Shown in pieces: positions 25,941-38,834 of a DNA stretch of 64,000 nt (the stretch's first letter is position 1; each line of letters begins with the position of its first letter). Source of the stretch: the human T2T-CHM13v2.0 reference genome, Homo sapiens; NCBI RefSeq assembly GCF_009914755.1, contig NC_060935.1. One strand, 5' to 3'. The translations under genes and the position numbers were made by a program. A model generated the notes under the pieces. That model did no database searches. It was not told the DNA's origin and was given only the letters and a program-made list of their open reading frames with translations.

Positions 25941-28034
25941 CACAGGGAGTTAACCTGCTCTCACTGGCCCAGACTTTCAAGGGCTATTACTTGGAAAGAA
26001 ACAAACTCCAGCTTTCTAAGATCAGCTGCTGACTTCTCATCCTTTTGGCACTGGGTAATTTCGAGTTTTGACACCTTAAGGGCAATGAAATTCAAGTTCC
26101 ACCTTCTCTGCCAGCCTTGGAGGGTGATGCTGCTGTCTCTCCCTCTCTCTCCATGTGAGTCCTTAAATCGTCTATCCCAGTGTTTCCAGATTATGATTGG
26201 CTTTTCATTGACAGACTGCGTTGAGCGTTGGCTCATTCATGGGGTAGATGGTTGTTTCCTGTTCTCCAGCCATGACAAATCGCTGACTGTTGGCATCACT
26301 GATAAAATAAGTAAGGCCTCTGCCACCCTAGCTTCTATTACTTTTTCATATGAGTTACTTTAATAGAGAGACTTAAATGCTTCTTTCTATTGCTTTGCCT
26401 CAGCACTTCTGGGGTCATAAATTCTTCTCCCTCTTGTCTGCTATTACTGGCATATCAATCATTTCTAGTTCTGTAAGCACTAAAATTGAAAGAAAACAAG
26501 GTTGTGGCTTTATGCATTTTTAATTTAATGAAATCCAAGCTTTGAAGTTGAGGGAAACAATGCTTGTGGCAGAGCGGTGTGGCCACCAGGAAAGTCTTCG
26601 GAGAGGCTGGATCAATGGAAGCTTTGCAGGCAATTTGAGTCGCTGCTCTTAATCTTTGGGGAGCTCCCACCTGACTTAGTGTGTGCTTCTCCTGAATTCT
26701 AGTCAGATCGTAAATCTTCCTTACTCACCCCTCTTCTTCCATCCCCCCTCCAGAACATACAGAACCTGGCTGGGAAGGGCCAGTCTGCATTCTCAGCCTT
26801 GGAGCAGAATCCGTGCATCATTTGGTTCATATCCAGGGCTCCAGGATGAAGTGTTTATCTGGTTGGATGACAAGGAAAAGAAAAAAGTGTCTCTGTTCTT
26901 AAAAATCTCTCTTTAAGGTAATTCCCTTTAGCACTTAGTTCCAGGGTCTCCAAAGGCTGATAGTCAGGGAGTCCTTTCTCACCTCCAGCTCACATTCCAT
27001 CCTTTGGAGAAAGAGCCTCCCTCGAGATGGAAAAAGTGCAAGTTGGCATAAGGCCCAAGAAAGAATGAAATAAAATGTCCCTCTAGGCATGGCCCAGAGG
27101 CATGATTAACATGACTGCTCATCAGCATAAAATATATTCAATTATGAGGGATTAAGAGGCTTGGGAAAGCAAAATGCTAAAGCAGATGAAATATGAGCAT
27201 ATTAGTGGAAAACAGTACCCCAGGACAGCACAGGCTGAGGCTGCCTCCAGGTGGAAGTGCCTGTCACAGATGCTGGAGGTGCACAGCTCTGTACTCTATG
27301 AGGGGGGCTGCTTCCCGCTTCGGGTCCTAAAGTCCTTCTGTGCCCTGAGGGAGGGCATGGGGCTGGAGAGGCACCCTCTGCCTAACCTGGGCCCATTCAC
27401 CCTGACAAAAGAAAGTGCTTTGCAAGATCTTTAGTTTTCCTTATAACAGTGGTTGTTGAATTAAACCATACAAATGTGGGCCGACCATGGAGATGCCTGC
27501 AAAGGGAGACTACCTGGGTAATTGTCTAAGATTCTCTCCTGTGGATTTACACAGTTTAGGCAGAGAGGGGAGTGCGTGAAGAATGCGGTGCTTGCATGGA
27601 GCAGACTGGGGCAGGGCCTTGGGCAGGTGAAAGCCCATTAGGCAAAAGACAGAGAATCAGAAGAATGGCAAGAGCAACCTTTGGGATAGAAAGTGGTGAC
27701 CCTAGAATCAGGCCCAGAAGGCCTACCTGCCTGGAGTAGAAGATCAGCAACCAATGAATTAGCTGAACAAGTATTTGGGGGCACCTTCTATTTTCTTTAC
27801 ACTGTAATTCATCGTGTATTTAGCAATGCAGAAAAGCACTGGGTTGAATCCAGAGCTATTGCGGGGAGCATGGGAATTGAGAGAGGACTTGTACTAAAGA
27901 AGCAGCAATGGAGAGAGACTCAAGGCAAGGAACAGTTCTTAGGTGATATACCATGGTGGAATTCCAAGAAAAGTAGAATGAGATACTCCAAAACCAGAGC
28001 AAATTGTTGGAGAACAGTGTTGTGATTGAGAGTG

Positions 28035-28275
28035 ACCTTTAGGGTTAGGAGGAACTGTGTTTGAATGCTGATTCTTACACTCACTAGCTGTGTGATTTGA
28101 ATGAGTTACTTAACCTTCCTCTAGCTCCTTGTCTTCATCTGTGAAATGGGAATCACAGTGGCATCCCTCTCCTGAAGTTGCTGTGAGAGTAATGTTTAGC
28201 AAGGCTTGTGAAGCTCCTAAGACAGTGGCTGTCACTGAGTAAGCACTCAGTACATTTTTATTAGTATTATCGTCA
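28035..28275 (+). mobile_element. MIR SINE
   Basis: cactagctgtgtgatttgaatgagttacttaacctt...ttcatctgtgaaatggg. Confidence 0.8.
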
Positions 28276-30848
28276 TCATCATCAGAGATGGAACTGAGAA
28301 GTATGAGTGGAAAATAAGAGAAATGGAGAGAGTCAGTGAGGTGACAGGAGTAGATGGCAGGGCTCTGACAATCTTTCAGCCACATTTGTCTGGCCTGGGG
28401 CTGTTTGCTTTAGACCAGGAATATAATGCTGCCCATGCAGCAGGGGTCTTCATGGCCACTGATGGCCAAGGTAGGGGAGCCAAACAAGAATGAAAATATA
28501 GGAATTCAGAAATGTCATCTGGTGCTTTGCCAGATACATATGGGATGGGATGAGTTGGATTCATGGACAATGAGTAGGGTATGTGATTAGGTGCAGACAC
28601 AGTGGCTTAAGTAACACTGGGCTACCTGTTACTTGTCTCCATAGTGGCGTGGAAGAGGGAGCCCATTGACCTCTAATTGGCCTTTCTATTCCCTAGATAG
28701 AAGCACTCTATTTGGACTGGTTTACAGAGGAATGGTTTAAAGCAGCTTTGCAAACAAGGCTCAAATGTATCTACCTTCTTTTCTTACTTAAAAAAGGGGT
28801 TTTAATACAAAATAAGAGTTACTCTCATTCACCCTAGAAGAATAGAAGGGTAGGTTTTCTTGCAAAGCTGGCCTGTCAATTTCTTTAAACAAAAGCACTG
28901 TGAGAGTATCACCTGTAAATCATTTTGTAATCTATTCATCCATTCACTCATTTGACAACTGTGTACTGAGTTCCCTTTATATGAAAAGCACTGTGCTAGT
29001 ACTTGGGAATAAGCAAAGAAGCCTTCAAGGAACTCATAAGAGAACAAGTCAGGTTAACACACATCTGTCATCAAAGGAGGAGAGAGCAACAATAGAAGTA
29101 GGGGATGAACTGAGCCTCTTCTATTTCTGGGATGTGTGTCAAAGTTTCAGAGTACAGATGGTGAAAAAGTGTTGTAAGATGGAGCCAGGGACTGGACCTT
29201 CATTCTCTGTGAGATTTGGCATGGTATGACCACCTCATGACTAATAAATATCTCCCTCCAAGGTGTAGAATGAAAGTTACAGAGAGAGAGATAACTGGGG
29301 TAATAAACATACAGCATCTCTCTTGGTCTCCAAGTCTCCAGATCATGTAAACCTCCAGCTCTGGGACCAGAATTCAAAATAGTTACTTTCCATGTGTGTG
29401 TTACCTGGCCGGATGTAGCACCAGAACCAAGGAGGAGGGAAAACATGTCCCTAGTCCCATCTACCTCCTAAGTCACATTCATCTGCTCTAAGTCCCTCAG
29501 TATCTGGCTCCCTGGAGGCAGCACCTTCACTTGAAAACCAGGTGGCCCAATAAAACTGAAGGCAAACCTGAGAGCAGGGAGGTCTATCACAGGAGTTGAA
29601 AAAGGGCAACGGGGGTGGAAATCTTTTCTATCCAGCAGAAGAGGAAATTACTCATTTCCTTTAAGGCTAAGTTACCCTGTGTTAGGGTGGACTGCAGGAC
29701 AAACTAACATAGGCAACAATAAAGCCCAAGCTGGAAAGCTGGGATAGAAACTCTGCCCCCAACAGGGGTCTGTAAATAACTGTTGCATGGATGAATGAAA
29801 TGCATATGTGCGTACCATATTCTTCCAGCCCAAGATTTGATTTGGTTTCCATGTCTAGAGGCCAGATGCCTACTGGGAGGTCTTCCAAATCACCAGTCTT
29901 GATTTTTTCTTAACTGCTCTCAGGGGATCCAGGGAGTGATTCTGGTATCTGGCACCAGCAGCATGGCACTGTGCCCCGAGAGTATCAATGCACTGCTCAT
30001 ATTGGCTTAGGTCCATGTACCCGCTGAGCAGAGCCTACCACCCAGATGGTATAGACTCGGATTCCAGTCCACTTGGAATGGCCATGTCTTGCCAACTCCA
30101 TCTCCAAGGGGACAGTCTGTACAGAACTCACATGCCAAAATACCCGGGAGTTTGCCAACCAAAAGGTGGTGAGTGGTCTTGTCCCATAAGCGCCACTTAA
30201 AACAGGCAGCAGATGGGAAACTGGGGCAGGAGGTGGAGAACAGCTGGATGATATTTGCTGCATAATAGCTCTTAAGGGATTTGAAAATCATTGTTTAATT
30301 TCCCTTCTCACCTTCTCATGTAAACAAGTGTCCTATATCAGGGGTGTGGAAATCAGAATTTTTGGTGGTTGACGCTCATCTTCACAGGCTCTGCAGCCAC
30401 CTTCTTCCTGCCTGCCAATACACACACATGCATGCACGTGGACACACACAGACACGAGTGTGCACCGATGCACACATACGCATTCAATTCTGTCGACAGG
30501 GGCCTTATTTCATTTATTAAGTATCTAAAGCCTTGCTAGGAGCCTAGGCTTCCTCTCTGAAGTCTCTTTTAAAAATTAAATCTGGCTCTTTGGGGCTGCA
30601 GCAGGAAAACGGAATTTGAGATACAGTAATTCTAGATATTTATATCCTCCCATCATTTGCTCAGTTAGTCTTCTGCAGCTGCGGTTTGTTAGGGATTATC
30701 CCACCAAAAGGAATAACAGAAATACACATATTTAATAAGATTTTTTTTTTCTCCATTTCTGTTTCTGGTTCTAAATAGGCACTTGGAGGAAGGGAAGCTC
30801 TACCATAGGAGAGGATCTCAGGGCAAGGAACAGTTGTCCAGCAGCACA

Positions 30849-30884
30849 GGGTTGGGGGTGGGAGCGGGGAGGGGAGGGGAGGGG
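30849..30884 (+). other. Potential G-quadruplex-forming tract
   Basis: GGG TT GGGGG T GGG AGC GGGG A GGGG A GGGG A GGGG: seven G-runs with short loops. Confidence 0.7.
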
Positions 30885-32372
30885 ACGTGCCTGCAAGGAG
30901 GGAGGAGGGAGGGAGACGGGAGCCTGGAAAAGCTGGAACTGGATCCTGGTCCCAATGTTCATACAGAGGAGAGGACAGTGGTTCTGCAAATGCCCCTTTA
31001 CAGAAGAATTTAAAGCGCAATTCTGATTTCTTTAGCCCATGGTTTGAAGGCCAGGTGTTCTGTGGTCTGAGCAATCCATTACCTACCTTTCTTCATCACT
31101 TCTGGGTGGAGTTCATTTGGCCCCAAAGAGAAGTTCCTGATCTTGGAGGACTCTCCCTCTCTCACTTTGACTTCATGGAGCCTTTCTTCCTAGGGGTGGA
31201 AGGGCTGGCTGGTAGATACCTGGGTATGGGTTACCACACCTGCAGGCCCCAGGGGCGCACAAACACCCTTGGCCTCAATCCTAAATGACCTCCAGGTGCA
31301 CAAATGCTCCAGGGCTACATTTCCATTGGCCTTTTGACTCCTATTAACAGTGTCCCGGGGACTTTTGGCTGGGGGTGTTATATAAATGTTTTTTGAGTCT
31401 CATCTGCAATAATCCCTCAGTCCAGGCAAGGGTTTATTCTTTCTTCTCTGAGAAAACAGAGAAAAAGACAAGACTTTTCTTCTCTTTAAAAGCTGTGCCC
31501 TTTCTGTTGAGAACCACTCACTTCAGCACTCTGCAATGTGGTGAATCTCCCCAGGCTAACTCCTCCTATGATGGGAGCTCAGCATAAAAATTACAGCTGC
31601 CTCAGAGGCCACCTGACCCTGATGCATCAATCCCTGGAGTGAGGCCAAATCACCACTTAAAATGACAATTCTGTACAAAGTGGCACAATGACATGTTAAA
31701 AATATATAGATGAATATAGATGTAATATGAAAATATGTATTTTTACTGCTCTCCCCATCAGAAGCAGGCATGTTAAAGGTATTAATCGGCATTCCTCTCC
31801 AGAGGGATCCTCTAGTTATGTGCTTTGGAAGCCAGACAGGAAGTGTGAATCATGCAGCAATGCAAAATTAATCCAGACAAAATGAAAAATGAAATGATGC
31901 AGCCAAGGTATCTGGGATGGAGGGGCCAGGAGGGTGAGAAGTCCTACCCTGTCTTCCCTGGCTCTCTGCGGGAGAGGAAAGGCTTTATTTGTAGGGGGTG
32001 GTTGCTGAGGGACCTGGGACCTCCCCAGAGCAGGATGAGTTGATATGTTCTCTCATTGCCGAGGAGTAGAATACCTGGGGAGGGAAGGTCAGTGCAATGG
32101 CCCAGGCTTCCAAACGGCTGGCCCTGACTTTGAGGGCACCTCGAAACTGGTTGAAAGCTTGGCAGGTATACCCGGAAGACACAGATGTGGTTCCTGTCCT
32201 CCCACCCCCACAGTGCTGGCTCCAGACATGTGCAGAGTTGGAGGTGACTCAGACCGTGCACGCACCTGTCCCCAGCAGATACTACTCCTATTGTAGGGAG
32301 TGGAAATTTCCCAGAGTAGATTCCTTCTTCAGAGGTGGGAAACACAGAAACAACCTTTTCTTTGTATCCAGA

Positions 32373-32694
<322 letters not shown>

Positions 32695-33084
32695 TAATTT
32701 CCTAAAAGCCTACCCATGGGTAATTCCTGAGTGTTTTTCTCAAATAACCCCTCAGTTCAGACAGGAGAGATAATCTTTTGTTCCTTCCTGTTTAAGGACA
32801 GAAAATGACTTTTCTTCTCTTAAAGTATCTTTCCATTGCAGGCAACTTGCTCTGGGTCTTTGTAGTGAGATGTGAAATCTCTGGTCCTGACAGACTCCAT
32901 GGATCACATTTCTGGAGTGAAAGAGTAATTAGGTAGCACGCTTTAGTGTTTTTCAGCCCCTTCTGGGTTTACTGGCAATCACACTGCAGTTTTCTCTTTC
33001 TCTGTCAGCTTTAGTATTTGCTACTCTGTCTATATCCTTTTTACTCTTGTTTTAGTTTTTGGAGTTCTAATGTCTGTCTTTTTG

Positions 33085-33990
33085 AAAACTTTTAAATTCA
33101 GACATAACCTGCACAGAGGAAACTGTACACTAATCTCACATATACAGCCTCAATGAGTGCTTCTATAGGAAGACGTCTGATAATCCCCTACCTAGGACAC
33201 AGAAAATCCTACCTAGGACACACAAAAAGGAGTGTACCTGAACAAGACCAGTCCTGTTTATTCTGAGTCATCTGCTCTTTCTTGAGGCAAATGGGACACT
33301 CAGTCAGCCAGCTACCCTGTCAGAGGGAGGGTTGATGGGGCTGGGGGGCACCTACCTTCCCAAGCACAGTAGAGAGCTACAGAGCTGAAGTTCAACCCAG
33401 GTCAAGTTGAACAACACATCAAGCCTCCTGGGAGGGCTTCCTCTTGTCCGTTTCTCAGTCCATTCTACCCCACTCCCCAGGCCCAAGCCCATCACTCACT
33501 TCTATCATGGTAGTGAGATTTTTTTTTCTGCAGTTTCATATGAATGGACTCATATAGTATAAATTCTTGTGTCTGGCTTTTGTTCATTCAACATTATGTC
33601 TTTAAGGTTCATCCATGCTGTTGTGCGTGTCAGAAAGTTTTTTATCTTTAATATCATGTAGTACTCCATTATATGCATTTACAGAATTTATTTATTCTGT
33701 TGATGAACATTTGGGTTGTTTCTAGTTTGGGCTAATAAGAATAAAGCTGCCTTGAACATTCTTTTAGATTTTTAGTTGTTGTTGTTTTAGTGAACATATA
33801 TTCTCATTTCTCTTGGGTACACCTAGAGTGGCATCACTGAGTCATAGGCTATGTGTGTGTCTAGCTTTGGTAGATCCTTCCAAATCATGTTCTAAAGTGA
33901 CTACAACAATTGACACTCCTACTGACAGTCTATGAGTGTTCCACTAGCTCTATATCCTTTCCAACACTTGGCTCTGTCTCTCTTTCTACT
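33085..33990 (-). mobile_element. Old L1 (L1ME-like) 3' end, interrupted at 33193-33397
   Basis: tgtacactaatctcacatatacagc...caggtcaag; tcattcaacattatgtc...gttcatccatgctgttg; gatgaacatttgggttgtttctagttt. Confidence 0.8.
33209..33385 (+). repeat. Dispersed direct duplication, copy 1 (partner 35444-35610)
   Basis: ctacctaggacaca...aaggagtgtacctgaacaagaccagt...gctaccctgtcagagggagggttgatggggctggggggcacctaccttcccaagcacagt occurs twice. Confidence 0.97.
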
Positions 33991-34074
33991 TACAGTTGTT
34001 TATATAGGTAGTTGTGTGCTTGCTTGCTCAGGGCCCCTTACTCCTTAATCAAACCCTAAATTTCCCAAAGCATA

Positions 34075-34190
34075 CTGTGCAGGGATTGGGGTAAACAACT
34101 TCTTGGGCTGTACCAGTGTTAAAACCAAAAGTCTCAGGATTCCTGGGAATCCTCTTAGTCCTAGGCAAACTGGGATGGTTGGTCACCCTA
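34075..34190. mobile_element. MER94/MER81-like hAT-Blackjack MITE
   Basis: Terminus gtcctaggcaaactgggatggttggtcacccta. Confidence 0.7.
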
Positions 34191-34289
34191 AGTGCAGTAT
34201 AATGGAAAGGAAACATGCTTTGGCAAGAAACTATTCTGGTATGAATGCTAGTTTATTCACTAACTAGTTCTTAGTTAAGGGAAAAATCA

Positions 34290-34440
34290 GTGGATAGATG
34301 GGTAGACAGATGACAGAGCAAATGTAGTAATATGTTGATAGTAGAAACTAAATGATAGGTATATGATGTTAACTGCCAATTCTTCTCACTTTGCTGTATG
34401 TTTGGAAATACTAATAACAAAATGTTGAGGGAAAAACAAA
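34290..34440 (+). mobile_element. Old L1 3' terminal fragment
   Basis: gcaaatgtagtaatatgttgatagtagaa...ttctcactttgctgtatgtttgga...aaaatgttg. Confidence 0.65.
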
Positions 34441-35443
34441 ATGGAAATAATGCTTGTTGTTTGTAAGGGCATCAGATCTCAGAACTCAGAAGTGACTTCT
34501 TTCCTGTTATGAAACAGCTAAAAAGAACAAATGCCTTCATCATCCTGGTCTTTCAGTTCAGCTGCCCCACCTAGTTCCTCTATCTCTAAAAACCTTTCAG
34601 AAGAAGAGAGACAAAGGATTAAATAGCAAATAAGAGCAACTGGAGAGAACTTGTTTTTAAATTCCAGCAGTCATATTGCTTTGCTCATAGTCTTCTTGTG
34701 AACAGAGCAGGAAGCTTGGTGTCACCTCTCTGCCCCCCATGACCTGAGGCCGGTCACAGGTAGAATAGGCTGGGCTATTAACCATGACCTGATACCTGCT
34801 TGAGCCATATTCTCCAGCCTCTCTAGATTCTAACTTTGCTGTCATCGCTTGCAAAGCTGACTTACTTTTATCCTCTTTCAAAGACATCTCTTGTTCCCAT
34901 GGCAACTTACTGGGGGTCTTCTATCACCATGGGAACATGGCTGCTGGGTTTAAATACACCTTATAACCACAGCAATAAAAAATATGGGGAAAGAGGGAGA
35001 CTGGTTGTCAAGGAAACAGGCTTCAGGTCTTCTCCATGAGAGATAAGCTGGAGAAAAGGAAGTGCTGTGGGGTGTTTGGAATCAACACAACGCCCAATCC
35101 TGGTCCTGCTGGGACAGCCATTCATTGTGCAGATTCCAGGGCGTGAGTGTGTATGCAGAGATCTTTCTGTGTTGGCCATCTGAACAACCCCATAGGAAAA
35201 CACCTTGGGGATTTCAAGGGTCTCACAGGAAGCTGTCATATCTCAACCTGAGGAATAGAAGCAGCATGGTCTCTCTCTCTTCACATACACACACACACAC
35301 AGACACTGGGCAGGTCACTATGGGGCATCTTTCGTATTATTAAGAGGGCAGCAATTTTGTGGTGAGCAGCCCAGGAAAACCAAACCAAAAGAGCAAAGAT
35401 CAAAAGGGCTTAAGAAGGGCTTAAGTAATGGGAAATATGAATT

Positions 35444-35610
35444 CTACCTAGGACACAGAAAAAGGAGTGTACCTGAACAAGACCAGTACTGTTTATTGAG
35501 TCAAATGCTCTTTCCTGAGGCAAATGGGACACTTAGCTACCCTGTCAGAGGGAGGGTTGATGGGGCTGGGGGGCACCTACCTTCCCAAGCACAGTGGAGA
35601 GTTGCAGAGC
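35444..35610 (+). repeat. Dispersed direct duplication, copy 2 (probable donor)
   Basis: Matches 33209-33385 with scattered substitutions and two small indels; lies in apparently unique sequence. Confidence 0.97.
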
Positions 35611-36099
35611 AAAGGAAGGCACTTGACCCCTCCCCAGTGGAGGGAAAAAAAAGCCATGGAAGAGGCATGGTGAATTCCTAGATCATAGGCTTCCGACGAC
35701 ATCCAGTACTGTGCACAGTGACACTAAATCAATGTCACTGCTCTGAGAGATCCAAAGAAACAAAGCAAATACCACCTAATTCAACTCTGTATCATTCCTA
35801 CCCAAGTGTCCATGTCCTTATGCCCATCTGGGAATTGTATCTCTAGCAGGCTCAGTTCAAGGGAGAAATACGAACAAACATATCTAGGCCTGGCTGACAG
35901 CTCTCTCCCTTTTCAGCAGTTTGCAGAATCCCAGGTCCTCAGACTCATGTGGTTGCTCAGAGCCACCCATGGCGACATCCTGCCCAGCTTGACCCTCTTC
36001 TCAGCCCATTCCCACAACCCCTGACCTCTCACCACATCAGAGTTTACCTTTTTTCCCCATAGGCATGGAGTAGGGGAATAAGAAAGAAGAAAGACAATG

Positions 36100-36290
36100 T
36101 TCTTAGAAAATTCTGGGTTTGAATTGCAGCCTCACCACTTTTCAGATCCATGACCTTAAAGGAATCTCTTACTTAAGTTTCTATTTCTACAACAAATTCA
36201 TAAAATAATTTTAAGGATTAAATGAGATAATGAACATAAAAATGCACCACAAACTATGGATGCTATGCACTTATGAGGATTGACTATTAA
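36100..36290 (+). mobile_element. MIR SINE fragment
   Basis: ctgggtttgaattgcagcctcaccactt...aaggattaaatgagataatgaacataaa. Confidence 0.6.
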
Positions 36291-38334
36291 ACCTCTGGGG
36301 AGCACCTTTCCATTCTAATGGGGGGGTGTTAGACTACAGGAGTGATTCTGAGGGGGGCCAGTCCAGGTCTTGCTCAGAGCCAGGGATGTGGACATTTCCC
36401 GTGGTGAGCCGATGTGCACAGGGTCTGTATTCTGCCTCCCTGGATGCCCCTCAGAGCCAAGCACTGTGCTAGGTTCATAATAGGTTCCACAGTGGCTGCT
36501 GATGGACACAGGCATGGTGTTATTGATGAAGACTTTTGGTGCCCTTCACATTGCTCCACATAGGTGGGAGCCAGTGTGTCCACCATACCCATGGGGCAGG
36601 CAAGGCCTCTCCAGCAGTGAGAGCCAAACAGCCCAGGTGCAGACCCAGTGGAAGCAACCATGTGGGGCAGCCGCAGAGGCAGGGCAGGAAGGCTAGGCAG
36701 TGCGATTTTCCCCCAGGACTGCCATGATTCACAGTCTGGCTGCCCGGAGGGGACCTCTCTGCAGCTCTCGACTCCATTATCTTCAGCTCACTCCCCACCC
36801 CTGGCCACTGCCCCATTTTCTCCTCTTAACACTTGCAGGCCACCCTGGTAATAGCTCCAGGAAAGACAGATTATCAGTCCCTCTCCAGAAAGGACCAATT
36901 ATTCATGGCCTCACCTAGAGTTTTATGGGAAAAAAAAAAAAAAAGGCAAGACGAGCACCATTTCCTGCTGCCCCTGGGAGGTGAAGCCTGAGAGCAGAAC
37001 CTAGACCTGGGGTGGGCTAGACAAGAGCCAGGGAGGAGGTCGATGGAATGGCAATGAGGCGGAAAGCGGATGCAGAATACTGGCAACAGGATGCAGGGAT
37101 GAGATCAGGAAAGAGCCCAGTGCCGGGCTCCCCCGAACCCGCCTGTGCGTACTGCCAGGGACTCGAGGCACTGTGCCTGGGGCAAGGCCACAAGGCATAC
37201 ATAAACTCTGCCCTCCAGTAGATACACCAAAGCATCATTTTTATAGAAAATGAAGGATATATTTTGATGCAAAGTGCAAATTTTCCATGAATTTTTAAGA
37301 AAAACATTGAGACTTTAGATGTTTTTCTTGGTACTTACCCCCAACCCCCAATCATGTCCTTAGAGCCCTGGGGGGCATTTGTTCTTTTCTGCTGTTGATG
37401 TGTTTCATTCACTCATCCATATGTCCATTTATTCATTCAACAAATAATATTAAGTGACAACTCTGTGCTAGGCACAAGAAATGAAGTAGGTAGCAAAATA
37501 CACATGAATCTTGACTTTATGGTGCTTATACCATTGGGGAAAGCTTTGAAAGCCTAATGAGCCAAATTTCTCTTTTTTGTGTTTGAAGAAAGAATGAGCC
37601 TCCCATCACCAAAACTGCGCAGGCAGAGGTTAGATAAGCAACAGTTGCTTGTTGAATGAATGTGTGAATGACAAATGGTTTTCTGCCTCGGATGAGAAGG
37701 CAAACCGGCTGACTTCTCACATGCTTTCTAACCCATGACTCTGCCTTCTCTCCCCTGGAACGGTTTCTGAAGCTCCTTTCTACTTGTGTCTTTTAGAGTC
37801 TCATGCCTTGATCCCTCCCCAGTTAAACTCCGCTTCCTCCTGCAATCTGGGCAGCCCAGGGTCTTAGAGTCTTTCTATCATGTTTGTCTCCTTTGGCCAG
37901 TCAGGCAGTAGAATCTACATGAGCATAGCATTTAAGAAAAATAAAATCAATTGTCTATTGATAGGGGCTGGAGAAAAAACAGAGAAATGAAATATTTCTT
38001 TCCTCATCCTGTTTTGGCCACCAAATGGATTTGTTTCAAACATGGTAGGAGGCCCAGCAAAGGCAGGGTGGTTCCTATTCCAAGAGGTATAGAACCCTAG
38101 CTCAGAAATACAGCCACCAAAATGGCCCAGCTCAGAAATAAGAAGGAGAGGCATGTGTAGTCCTACACACTCTTCCCTCCAGCCACGATCACAGTTACCA
38201 TCTCCATGGATGCAGGAGGGGACAAGAAGGAAGTCCCTGGGCATCTTAGAAATTGGGTTGAGCTTTGGGTGGAAGGTTCTGAATGGCCTAGGCTCCTATG
38301 GTATGACCATTCCCACTGACTCCCTTGGAGGTAG

Positions 38335-38336
<2 letters not shown>

Positions 38337-38378
<42 letters not shown>
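38337..38378 (+). repeat. (GT)21 microsatellite
   Basis: Perfect dinucleotide run. Confidence 0.97.
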
Positions 38379-38379
<1 letters not shown>

Positions 38380-38493
38380 GCATATGCCAGTGTGGTGTGT
38401 TGCTTTCAGAGCTCCTGTCAAATGCAATTTAGTCATGTTTTCATACATCCACATTTAACCCTTACAACAACTCATTCAGGGTAAGTGACGTCA

Positions 38494-38834
<341 letters not shown>

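Noticed and set aside
35708-35740. Palindrome actgtgcacagt and 8-bp hairpin cagtgaca/tgtcactg
   Set aside because: Too short to distinguish from chance in 64 kb.
37040-37170. Small CpG cluster as a CpG-island promoter
   Set aside because: Far too short and sparse for an island.
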